From: Mobula hypostoma
Lineage: Eukaryota
Direction: 5' to 3'
Assembly (NCBI RefSeq): GCF_963921235.1
Contig: NC_086097.1
Coordinates: 40,302,001-40,366,000, forward strand
DNA: 64,000 bases
In this document: one piece after another, positions 11,075-22,296 of the stretch
Numbering within the stretch: position 1 is the stretch's first letter
Layout of the letters: every line of letters begins with the position of its first letter
The notes under the pieces: generated by a model
Seen by the model: only the letters and a program-made list of their open reading frames with translations
Told to the model about the DNA's origin: nothing
Database searches by the model: none
Made by a program: the position numbers and the translations under genes

Positions 11075-13560
11075 ATGTATTCGCACAGATGCTCATCAAT
11101 GGAAAGCCAATAGACTTCCAAGTCGACAGCGGGGCGAGCATTAACATCTTACCCCGCAAATACTTGGAGGGAGTAGACCACACACTAAGGCAATGCATAA
11201 AAATGCTGATGATGTGGAACAAGACCACCATGGATGCAGAAGGAATGTGCAGAGTGAAATTGCGTAACCCCATGACAAACCACAAGTACTCTGTCGAATT
11301 TGTCGCAGACACTGACGACTTTACACCATTGCTGGGAAGTAGGGCCAGCCAGCAAATGAAGCTGTTTACGGTCAACGAAGACAACTTTTGCAGTGTGCAT
11401 GCATCTACACTTAAAGAGAAACAATGCACACCAGAAGAACGCTATGCAGAGGTGTTCGATGATGTGCTCGGGGAGCTTCCAGGTGCAGCCCACCTGCAGA
11501 TTGATGAGGAAGTTCAACCCCCAGTGTTACCCCCACAACATCTGCCTCACGCTATGAAGCAGAAAGTGAAAGCTGAGCTTGATCAACTGGTAGACTGCAA
11601 GGTGATATCTCCAGTCCATGAACCTACAAGGTGGGTTAGCCAGTTAGTGGTCGCAGAGAAGAAGAACGGCAATCTTCGTATATGCATTGACCCTCGACCA
11701 TTGAACAAAGCGCTGAGGAGAGAACACTACCCCCTTCCAGTAATAGAGGACATTTTGCCAGATCTTGATCATGCTATGGTTTTCAGCAAGCTTGATATGA
11801 GTTCTGCATTCCGACAAGTGAGATTGGACAGTGAATCAAGCGTGCTCACCACTGTCAACACACCTTTCGGGCGGTATAGATGGCTCAGACTCCCGTTTGG
11901 AACCAGCATTTCACCAGAGATCTTCCAGCGCAGGCTGCATCAGACGCTAGAAGGACTACCGGGCGTGATCTGCATCGTAGACGACATTCTGGTGTATGGA
12001 AAAGGGGAAACGCAGGAAAAGGTGATCGTCGGTCATGATGTGAAACTTGAGCAGCTATTTCAGCGTTGTGCAGGGCAGCATATCAGGCTCAACAAGAACA
12101 AACCTGTCTTCAGGACGACAGAGATACCCTTTTTGGGGCATCTCATCACAAATGAGGGACTTCAGCCTGATCCTAAAAAGGTCGCTGACGTCCTCAACAT
12201 GCCAGCACCCATGGATGTGCAGGGAGTGCAGCGATTGATCGGATTTGTCAACTACCTGAGCCATTTTCTACCAAGTCTCTCAGATACCCTTGAGCCAATA
12301 AAACAGCTGACAAAGCCAGATGTAGCATGGGAGTGGTCAGCTGAGCAGCAAAACGCTCTCTCCAAGATCAAGCGGATGGTATCCGAAGCACTGGTGTTAG
12401 CAAACTACAATTCTAAGGAAGAGCTAACCATCCAATGTGACGCCAGCAACAAAGGCCTAGGGGCAGCACTCCTCCAGAATGGACATCAGCCAGGCATGAG
12501 CAGCGACATCAAGCAAGATATTGCTGTGGGGGATATTTGCCACACAGCAGAAAGAATTGCTTATGAGTCATGAGGTACCTGCTCGTCTGTGGGAAAAGAT
12601 AAGTACCGACCTGTTTACATTCGAGGGAAAAGACCACCTCGTCACCGTTGATTACTGCAGCAATTTCTTCGAGGTAGATCTTCTTTGTGATACGACCAGC
12701 ACAGCTATTATTCGCAAATTGAAGGCTCATTTTGCGAGATATGGTAGCCCAACACAAGTGGTTAGTGATAATGGGCCACAATACACGTCAGTGAAGTTTC
12801 ACAGATTTGCACGAGAATGGGATTTTGAGCACTTGTGTAGCAGCCCCGGAAATAGTAAAGCGAATGGAAAAGCTGGATCAGCAGTTAAAACAGCTAAGTG
12901 GATCCTCACAAAGAACAAGAAATCGCGAGCAGATCCCTACCCCGCACTTCTAGACCATTGCAACACACCTCTGCAAGGGCTCAGCACGAGTCCTGCCCAG
13001 CGTTTGATGAATCGCCACACACGCACACTCCTGTCTACAACAGCGAGTTTACCGGAACCCAGAGTTGTACGCGAACGCGAGCATATGAAACAATGCGTCT
13101 AGCAGCAGGCCGACAAGTACAACAAATCAGCCAAAGATCTTGCCCCACTCGACGAAGGGGATATCATGTGCATGCAAACGCTGGTGCAAGGTAAAAAGAA
13201 TTGGGAGAAAGCAATTGTCTGTCGCACCTTGATGAACGTTCATATGTAGTTCAAACCCCTTCTGGGATCTACCGACGTAATCGCACAGATCTACGAAAGA
13301 AGGCGGAGGAACCGCCTGAAAAGCTAGTCACATATGAACGGCAAAACTAGGTCAAACAACCGAGATCAATGACCACAGTGTGCCTACCGCATCAAATGCA
13401 CACAACCGAACACTAGCAGAGGCTAATGACACAACACAAACAATAACACAAAAGTTGAAACATTCAAATAACAAACAACAGGATTCGGACAAAACAGTTA
13501 AAACTCGTTCTGGCCGCACAGTGAAGAGGTCTATATATCTAGAAGACTTTGTCCCACATT
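11075..13560 (+). pseudogene. pol: Gypsy pol (protease, RT, truncated RNase H, integrase), disrupted
   Basis: VDSGAS protease; RICIDPRPLN, RLPFG, IVDDILVYG RT; QCDAS RNase H; DLF..VDY..SDNGPQY integrase, with the expected catalytic E reading G (KAGSAVK). Stops and frameshifts present; C-terminal TRSGRTVKR motif. Confidence 0.9.
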
Positions 13561-13829
13561 GAATAATTGCATGAACAATTGAACAATAAGTCTGTGACAC
13601 TATTTGGCATTTTAATGTAATGTTTATACTCAAAGAAGGACCATGCCCTATTTGAGGTTGTGTAGTTTGTAGTTTGAAGTTAAAGTCGAATTTTAGTATG
13701 TTTTATATTTTGTATATGTGCTCATATGAACGGAAATAATGAGTGGTATGTATTTGTGACAGGCATAAGAGACATAAGGCATGATTGAGTTTAATTGTTA
13801 ATACAATTGTTCCTTTTCTTTGTTTTGAT

Positions 13830-13934
13830 AAAAGGCGGGATGTTATGATATACTTGTACATGCACTCGTGAGCAGATGATTAAAGTTGGTGCGCATGAGC
13901 CGTTGTTTTTATCTGAAATATCTGTCTTGAAACA
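13830..13934 (+). repeat. Polypurine tract (13830-13840) and Gypsy 3' LTR (13841-13934)
   Basis: aaaaggcggga followed by TGTTAT...GAAACA. Confidence 0.9.
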
Positions 13935-14282
13935 CACTCACAATGGCTGCTCCAACAATGTCCACTCTCCTCAAGTCCTGCTTCTTTTCATTGGTCCTTG
14001 CTAACTAAACCTAGCTACTATTAACCCAAGTGATCTCCCACTCCGCTGACAAGTCCTGAAAGGTCCAGCTCATTTTTTAAAGTCTGGCACTAAAGTCCAC
14101 AAGGAACTGTCCAACTTCAAAAATGGAACTACTGGAATCAAGGGTAGAGCTTTGACTCTGAGGTACTGGATTCAGTGTGCTTAAAGAAAGATCATGTCAG
14201 AGTGGGAGATTTGTCAGGCAGACTAATATAAAGGGCAGTACTTGGAACGTGGACTATTGTTGTTTCAAAGCTAGATAAACTA

Positions 14283-14505
14283 CTCAGTATCAAAATTGTA
14301 TGTAAACTTGTCACATCTGTTCTTGAAGCTAAAACAAAAGTGTAGTAGGAAGCAGACATACAGTAAATTATCCACGGCTGAATGCCACGAAGTTTGTTGT
14401 TTGGTGGTTGCAATAAAGTGCAATACATAAAAACAATAAATTACAGTAAGAAATGTATATATAAAACAAATAGTGCAAAAAAAGAGCAAAACTAGTGAGG
14501 TTACT
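14283..14505 (-). mobile_element. Rex1/Babar-type 3' UTR fragment(s)
   Basis: Resembles other Rex1-type 3' ends in the window (e.g. ~62870-62978 and 32155-32340). Confidence 0.5.
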
Positions 14506-15424
14506 TTCCTTATTAGCCTGATAATATAATGCTAAAGTTAGAATATTACAAAGATGAATTTTGATAGGCCAGATATCATCACTGATTCAGTGGTGTTTTA
14601 AATGTCATTCACTTTTGAAAAGTTTAATGAGCTGGGGCGTTTGCAAATTACTGATGGAATGAAAATATTCCTATTCCCTCCAAGAAAACCTAATTCCCTC
14701 TGAAGGTTCTGACAGATGTTAATTTTCAGTGATATATTCAGGATCAACCTGAAATATTAATCCAAACTTTGATCTTTAGAGAGGTTCATCAATGTAAGCC
14801 TGAAGGAAAGAAAGATAAGTGGTCTATGTGGCATGACAATCGAGGGACTGGGTTTACCAGGCTTTGATAGTTGCAGTCTTTATCTGAGACTCCAGGAGCA
14901 ATTAGAGACATATTTCCTAATATTGCTTCAGTTGTCACCCTGTCACTTGACACCACTGGGCACGTATACAAGTAGATTTTTTTTATGAAAGTAACTTGAT
15001 AGATGATTACCATGAAAATCTGAGCATACAAGTACCAATCCAAACCAGCTTGGTCACCTTGCAAGGCATCATTTCTTGATGAGGAACATTCCAAGTAAAC
15101 AAAACATACTGAACTGGCAGGGAGCTAAGAATCACAGTGCTCCACTTGAATTCCTATAATTATGTCTTCTCTTTTCTTTGCATCAAAGCTGTAATAAGCA
15201 AACTCCAGGATAGTTGAAGGCTTCCCTTGAAAGTAACATTGGTTTCAAAGAACTTTGCCATTTACTTGAATCACTGTAAGTACTTATTAGAACCATTTCA
15301 GGGACTGTGCTCCAACTGCAGCACTGGAGGGACACAAAGATCAAGCCAGGACATACTTCACTCTTCCGTCACATGCCAGACCTGCCTACTAGGTGCACTA
15401 ACCTGCTGCAAACTTGCACTGGTT

Positions 15425-15612
15425 CTACCATTTAGTAGGTTAATAGCATATGTAAATTGCACTAACGTTTAAGTGAATGGTGGAATCTAGGAAGAGTTGC
15501 TGGGAATCAGGGAGAATAGAAATTGGATTAGTGCGAGATTAATGTAAATGGACGTTGGTGAATTGATGCAAACCTGGTGGGTGGAATGGCCAGCTTCTGT
15601 GCTCTTTGACTC
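15425..15612 (+). mobile_element. HE1-like SINE 3' portion
   Basis: gtaggttaat...tgtaaattgc...ggtgggtggaatggcc..ttctgtgctctttgactct, similar to 7195-7362. Confidence 0.5.
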
Positions 15613-15620
15613 TTTGCACA

Positions 15621-16694
15621 TGTCATAAGGAGGTGGCTGGGAACGAACCCAAGTGCAAGGCACAGACACTGAAGTACTAGGGACAGGACTAGGATACAGG
15701 GTGAGGGCAAGGACATGGACACGGAAACCGGGAACCCGGAACAGGACTGGACAAGAGAGCTAGAAGCTCAGGCTTGGACTCCGAGTCAGAGACTGGACAA
15801 GGACCCAGTACCTGGGTCTTGTCTCTGGCTCGGACCCCAGAACTAGGCAAGGACGAGGCTTGACTGGCAGGCAGGACGAGGCTGGAGTCTTCAGGCCTGA
15901 GGCTAGAGACTTGAGGCGAGGCTAGGCAGGAGGCAGGAGACTTGAGGCGAGGCTAGGCTTGGCAGGAGGCAGTAGGCTGGATTCTTCAGGCTTGAGGTTA
16001 GAGACTCAAGATGAGGCTTGGCAGGAGGCAGGAGACTTGAGGCGAGGTTTGTGGCTGGAGGCTGGAGGCTCCTCCTGGGGAGGGTGCGGTTTCCCTCGGC
16101 AGGGCATGGTACTCCTGGGCAGGGTGCAGTTCTCCTGGGCAGGGCACGGATCTCCACCCGATGGAGGCAAGGGACAGGAAGGGACAGAACCAACTGTAGG
16201 TAACGGCAATACAGCCTGGCTTACCTGACGGAGGCAAGGGACAGGAAGGGACAGAACCAACCGTAGGTAACGGCAATACGGCCTGGCTTACCCAGCGGAG
16301 GCAAGGAACAGGAAGAGAGCTAGGTACGGGGTGGATCCAATACAAGACTGCAGGCGAGACGATGTGAGAGTTACCAGCAAGACAAGGCAAGGCTTCAGGT
16401 AATGCAAGACAAGACGAGAACTTCAGGCGAAGCGAGAGTTACCGGCAAGACAAGGCAGGGCTTCAGGCGAGGAAACAGAAGGCAGAGGAAGGGATACAAG
16501 GAGTAAGGACAAGAACAATCCAGCAGCCACGACCTGGTCTCTGGAGGTATTTATCCAGCCAGCCCCAATGAGCATCAGCTGCCTCAATTAGAGCTCAACA
16601 AGAACAGAAACAGGGTAGACAGGAAAACCTGGAGCAAGGGTTGATGGACCGGACGGTGAACCGGAATACGGACTTCACGGACCGGACCATGACA
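15621..16694 (-). mobile_element. Solo LTR (Gypsy-type, 1074 bp) with internal tandem repeats
   Basis: TGTCAT...ATGACA termini; 5-bp TSD gcaca at 15616-15620 and 16695-16699; TATA-like ataaata on the minus strand near 16550. Confidence 0.85.
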
Positions 16695-16715
16695 GCACAT
16701 GGATGAATTGACACT

Positions 16716-16787
16716 ATGGTGCAACTGTAACAAAAACCAATTTTCCCCGGGATCAATAAAGTATGACTATGACTATGACTATGACTA
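16716..16787 (+). mobile_element. Extremely 5'-truncated Rex1/Babar copy (~70 bp)
   Basis: Near-identical to the reverse complement of 1482-1546, with the (GACTAT)n tail. Confidence 0.85.
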
Positions 16788-17184
16788 AGTTTTGATCAAG
16801 AATTAGAGGATACCATTTCAGCGTACCCACATGAAAGAACAAGTTGTCTAAGGTGTATCAAGGCAAATGCTGTGGGCCCACTGGTTTTCTGTCAGCTGTG
16901 TTTGGTTAAAATTTATGCCAAATATGAAAATTTAAAACCTGAACCCAAGCAACGCTGAAACAGATGGAATAGTAGAGTGTCTGTCAATCATCACTAGGGT
17001 TGATTCAGGGAGTCAGAACAAACATTTCAGTATAGCAGTTTTAAGTAGAGATGAATGCATATAATCTGCCTCTTTCATACCCGTGTGCTATGTGGTGTGG
17101 CTGTTTTTGTGCCTGAAGAACAATAAGGAAATAACTTATGAACCATTGATCAGTATATACAACAAAATAAATTGTCATCATTTT

Positions 17185-18024
17185 AGGCTTACTAAAATGG
17201 AAATCTGTCCTTGTAAAGTTGTAATTTGTTCAGATTCCTTTTCCATTTTGATGAGCCTTAAAACAGGTCATTCTAGTAGTATGTCAGATTTACTGTTGAA
17301 AACTCGTCAAGCATTATTTCATATACAGAGGGTAGGTTTATATGTTTGCTTCTTATGGAACCCTGTGCATAGAATTGCTGAGGGGAATGATTGTTTAGCT
17401 AAGAAAGCTGTTAAAAGCTTAACAGTGGATATAGACCTTCTACTTAACAAATCAGAAGCTAAGGTGTTGGTAGGATTAAGAATTAGGGGGGTTATGGCAA
17501 GACTTGTGAGATAATGGATACAAGGGAAGACACTTTTATAGAATATATAAAACTGTTTGGTTTATGGAAGAAGGGAGAAAAACAAAAAAACAGAAGGAAC
17601 TATTTTGACACGACTTAGAACTGGGAATACTATGCTTAATTATTTGTATCATCTTTTTGGAAAACATCATTCTGGGTTATGTAGATTTTGTCATCATTAT
17701 GAAACAGCTGAACATATGTTATTACAGTGTGAAGCATATAAGGTTGAAAGAAATCAACTGCAGGCTTCATTATCATCTTTAGGGTTGATAGTTTTTATTT
17801 AAAAACTTGTTAAGTTATGGGAGAGAATTTATTTTAATTCACAGTATCGTCTTTCATCACTTACAATCTATGGGCTGTTTGGGGTAATCTGGCTTTCATT
17901 TGAAAGAGAAGTAATAGGTGCTTTTTTTCTGCAATTCTCTCCACCACACACCAGTCCAGTTGGTAGTGGCAATTGATCTTTAAGTTTAACTTTAAGTTCA
18001 CCATTAAAGTTCAGAAGAAGAAGA
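17185..18024 (+). mobile_element. I-group (Nimb-like) LINE 3' portion with RNase H and C-terminal CCHC
   Basis: VICSDS...LWNPVH..EGN RNase H motifs; RLRTG..CRFC....ETAEHMLLQC; 3' end ccagtccagttggtagtggcaat...attaaa..(gaa)n. Confidence 0.75.
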
Positions 18025-19007
18025 GGATGAGCAAAGGGGATATCTGCAATAGGTCAGAGACCAGGTGAAAATACTCATTATAGACTAGTGCTAGCTGGTG
18101 GAGTCCAGTGAGGATTTGTCAATGCAGGTAATCTCTCTAATCTCTTTGCAGGTGTGAGCAGAGGGATGAGAGAGTGGACTGTGAGGTACAGAATGTGTGA
18201 GGGTCAGGAAATCTGAAAGAAAGCAGAATGATAGAAATAGCCAGAAAATCAGGCAGTATCCATAGAGTTAACCTTACAGGCTGATGTGTTCTGCATCTGA
18301 TGGGTTAGATTCAAGCTCATGTCTTTGTTGAGTTTATAGTGGGTTAGGATAGGATAGGACGGCGAGCAGGTGAAGTCGATTAAGGCAAATAATAGTGGTG
18401 TCCACTGAAAGAAGGTGGTTACAGATCTGGAAGAATTTTCCTGTCATGTTCTTTTGCTCACTCATGTATTCCTTTGCTTTTTATTTGGCATCTACGTACA
18501 CTTTCGCCGAAGAATTCTAAGTAAATGCTGTTGTTTTAAAACAAATGTTTCTTAGCTGTTAAAGTGTAAGATACTGACCTTAAAATGAGGGGAAATAGTT
18601 TGATTATGCAGCCTGGGAGATTAGTTGAGGGAAGACTGGATAACTGGATAGTTCCAGAAAACTGGCACAAGGATTATGAGGATAATCACTCTGCCCATGT
18701 GATACAGGCAGCCTCTCAATTTCATAGTATCTGCTGCTTACCATGACTGTCAAGTGAAACCAGGGCAAAATGTATTGGTTCATGCACCAACAGGGGCCCA
18801 TGCTGGGACTTACCAACCTCATTGCAAGCTGGATTGCACTAATGCAGCTTGCACTTTCTTAGGATGGGGAATGCATTCTGCTTGTGGTAAATAGGAAGTT
18901 ATTCAGGAATTCATATCGGTTTAGACTCATCCAGTCATATTGAATACAGCCACATAATTTAGTCAAATGACCCACCTTTTATGTTCGTAACTTTGGAAAG
19001 TTGTCTT

Positions 19008-19335
19008 TCAATATACTGTGGAGAGCATTCTGACAGGCTGCATCACTGTCTGGTATGGCGGAGGGTGCTACTACACAGGACCGAAAGAAGCTGCAGAGGG
19101 TTGTAAATCTAGTCAGCTCCATCTTGGGTACTAGCCTACAAAGTACCCAGGACATCTTCAGGGAGTGATGTCTCAGAAAGGAAGCGTCCATTATTAAGGA
19201 CCTCCAGCACCCAGAACATGCCCTTTTCTCACTGTTACCATCAGGTAGGAAATACAGAAGCCTGAAGACGCACACTCAGCAATTCAGGAACAGCTTCTTC
19301 CCCTCTGCCATCCAAAACCAGATTCTGATTCTCAT
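19008..19335 (+). mobile_element. Rex1/Babar LINE C-terminal fragment
   Basis: Translates TVESILTGCITVWYG...LPSGRKYRSL...RNSFFPSAI; gattctgattct tail. Confidence 0.8.
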
Positions 19336-19600
19336 TCTTCTTACACTATCTTCTCAGGTAATACTTTCCAGAAGTTAAAAAACTCTGGATAATATTTTTG
19401 CATTAGCTTCCCAACCATAAGAATGAAAACAGAGCTCAGGATTTTCCAGACCTATATAGTACTGAGAAGAAGTTAGTTGTGCTCTTCCACAATGGTCAAG
19501 AAGTCCTACAGTGAGTACAGGGACTGGACCTGCCACATAAATAGATTCTGCTTCATTGGTAAAGAGTTTTCCACAGATTAACTATGTCACTAATTTATTG

Positions 19601-19824
19601 GCCGGCTGGTGGCGTAGTGGCATCAGCACCAGGTTTCAGAGCGAAGGCTCCCAAGTTCGAATCCAGCCGGCTCCCTTGCATGCTTTCCATCTATGCTGGG
19701 TTGAGCTTTGAGCTAGCAACTCGGCCTCATAAAAATAGAAAGTCTGCTAAAAAATCACCCTCATGATGGCGTTCAGATGACTCCACTCAGAGTTAAGGGC
19801 TTTCTTCTTCTTCTTTTTCTTCTG
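19601..19824 (+). mobile_element. Full-length tRNA-derived SINE
   Basis: A box TGGCGTAGTGG, B box GTTCGAATCC, (TTC)n tail, 8-bp TSD atttattg at 19593-19600 and 19825-19832. Confidence 0.85.
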
Positions 19825-20234
19825 ATTTATTGAGCCTTCATTAAGCATCATGGAGAGCCTCTTAATATAGCTGTCTATTCATTTTTTAATGTTACTGATT
19901 ATCAATGATTCCATGAGTGAATGGAATACTAAGGGAATGTTCTGTATGGACTTGAATGAGCTTTAAAATAACTTCAGCACAATGATTTAATACTGTGTCA
20001 ATTTGTGTGACAGCTGCTTTGAAGATCACAGCTGCACTTGCTGCTATTTACCAATGATCCTATCACAACTAAAACATAGATCACATCCGGGTATGAGCTG
20101 AATGTTTCCTTCAACAGTAGCTATTTAAAATAATTTTTCTAGCCCAATCATATATATTTGTTTTAATTTTGGGTTTGGGAACAATTGAAGTATAGATTTT
20201 AAAATGATGCATCGTGGCCCTCTGCTTAGAAATA

Positions 20235-20552
20235 CAACACTGTATTTTAATTTGCAATGATTGTTTTTTTAAAGCAACTAAGTTTATTTTCTGAATATGT
20301 GCTATTTTAAGGCTAATACTGGCCCATCAGTTCCACTGCCCAGGTCTTCAAATTTGCCATATGATCTTCCATTATAGATCCCTTCAAGAATATAATACAG
20401 TATTTATTTTAGCCTATAATTTTCTTTCACAAAAAATAAACTTTATTTTCTGAATTTGTGTCATTTTAAGGCTACTATTGACCCATCATGTTTATTGTAC
20501 AGGTCTTTCAAAAATGACCATTTAATCTATGAATAGAAATCCTGTCATGAAT
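20235..20552 (+). repeat. Diverged two-copy tandem duplication (~160 bp period)
   Basis: tttattttctgaat.tgtg..attttaaggcta.ta.tg.cccatca...caggtctt at ~20283 and ~20442. Confidence 0.7.
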
Positions 20553-21257
20553 CTGAAGTCCATAATTATACTTCTTGTTGCTGTTTTATTAGGATAATAT
20601 TAACTAATTACAATGTGTCCATCCTTTCTGTGCTTGGCATCAGAGGACAAATTCAGGAAAAGCTTAATTTAGAAAATGGCTGATGAAGTTAAACATTTTA
20701 TTATCAACCAAAAGAGATAAAGCACAACTAACTTTTACTTATTCGAGTCGGAGTTTCTAAAAAAAACTTGTTTTCATAGGAATATATCATTCTATTCAAT
20801 TATATACTTAAGCACTATTAACTTCATGTAAGTAAAAACTTAACCTTGCTGATAACGTAAAACAGAGGCCCGTAGATTGACTTTGTTTCAATGGATAGGA
20901 AAATCAAGCTGGATCGAAAAAGTTCTGCTAATTTCCTTGTGCTTGTTTTGCATTACTCCAAAGGTCATCTAGGTGCAGTATATGGATCCTGATTAGGAAA
21001 GAAAGACGATGGGAAAGCCTAGAAATTAAAACCATTAATCTACCTTTGCCGACAGGCTCAATATTGGGGATGCTGTGTACGTACACAGAAGTGTTGTCTT
21101 GTTTGGATATACTGTAGTTTGGTATTAAAAAGAAACTCAATTACACTGAATCTTCTCTCATACAACAGGAATTCTGCAGATGCTGCAAATTCAAGCAACA
21201 GACATAAAAGTTGCTGGTGAACGCAGCAGGCCAGGCAGCATCTCTAGGAAGAGGTGC

Positions 21258-21293
21258 AGTCGACGTTTCAGGCTGAGACCCTTCGTCAGGACT
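21258..21293 (-). ncRNA. Minimal hammerhead ribozyme motif
   Basis: Reverse complement agtc-CTGACGA-agggtctcagcct-GAAAcgTC-gact. Confidence 0.7.
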
Positions 21294-22260
21294 AACTGAA
21301 GGAAGAGTTAGTAAGGGATTTGAAAGTGGGAGGGGGAGGGCGAGATCTGAAATGATAGGAGAAGACAGGAGGGGGAGGAATGGAGCCCAGAGCTGGACAG
21401 GTGATTGGCAAAGGGACTATGAGAGGACCATGGGACAGGAGGTCTGGGGAGAAAGACGGGGGGGGGGGAACCCAGAGGATGGACAAGGGGTCTAGTCAGA
21501 GGGACAGAGGGAGAAAAAGGAGAGTGAGAGAAAGAATGTGTGTATAAAAATAAATAACAGATGGGGTACGAGGGGGAGGTGGGGCATTAGCGGAAGTTAG
21601 AGAAGTCGATGTTCATGCCATCAGGTTGGAGGCTACCTAGACAGAATATAAGGTGTTGTTCCTCCAACCTGAGTGTGGCTTCATCTTTACAGTAGAGGAG
21701 GCCGTGGATAGACATGTCAGAATGGGAATGGGATGTGGAATTAAAATGTGTGGCCACTGGGAGATCTGTCGCTCTGTCCACCAGAGAAAGCAGGATCTCC
21801 CAGTGGCCACACACTTTAATTCCACATCCCATTCCCATTCTGATATGTCTATCCACGGCCTCCTCTACTGTAAAGATGAAGCCACACTCAGGTTGGAGGA
21901 ACAACACCTTATATTCCGTCTGGGTAGCCTCCAACCTGATGGCATGAACATCGACTTCTCTAACTTCCGCTAATGCCCCACCTCCCCCTCGTACCCCATC
22001 TGTTATTTATTTTTATACACACATTCTTTCTCTCACTCTTCTTTTTCTCCCTCTGTCCCTCTGACTAGACCCCTTGTCCATCCTCTGGGTCCCCCCCCCC
22101 CATGTCTTTCTTCCCGGACCTCCTGTCCCATGATCCTTTTGTATCCCTTTTGCCAATCACCTGTCCAGCTCTTGGCTCCATCCCTCCCCCTCCTCCTATA
22201 ATTTTGGATCTCCCCCTCCCCCTCCCACTTTCAAATCTCTTACTCACTCTTCCTTCAGTT

Positions 22261-22296
22261 AGTCCTGACGAAGGGTCTCGGCCTGAAACGTCGACT
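22261..22296 (+). ncRNA. Minimal hammerhead ribozyme motif
   Basis: agtc-CTGACGA-agggtctcggcct-GAAAcgTC-gact. Confidence 0.75.

Larger units (their letters stand above)
8237..13934 (+). mobile_element. Ty3/Gypsy LTR retrotransposon, decayed provirus with very short LTRs (Mag-like by inference)
   Basis: 94-bp LTRs, PBS, polypurine tract (PPT), gag with two Cys-His knuckles, PR-RT-RNaseH-IN order, 4-bp TSD CACT at 8233-8236 and 13935-13938. Confidence 0.92.

Noticed and set aside
10097..13102. Domesticated gag/pol gene or endogenous retrovirus
   Set aside because: Stops, frameshifts, an RNase H deletion and a mutated integrase glutamate; no env-like ORF before the PPT.
15780..16470. Repeat arrays as a CRISPR array or repetitive protein gene
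   Set aside because: No unique spacers and no cas genes; they lie inside a TG..CA solo LTR with a TSD, and the ORFs are repeat artefacts.
18800..18978. Minus-strand coding exon ending at a GTAAGT donor
   Set aside because: No polypyrimidine acceptor, stops in the frames tried, no recognisable protein.
19601..19675. tRNA gene
   Set aside because: A/B boxes continue into a SINE body, (TTC)n tail and TSD; a second diverged copy exists at 6855.
20950..21120. Plus-strand coding exon
   Set aside because: Open stretch has no recognisable homology and no convincing donor site.
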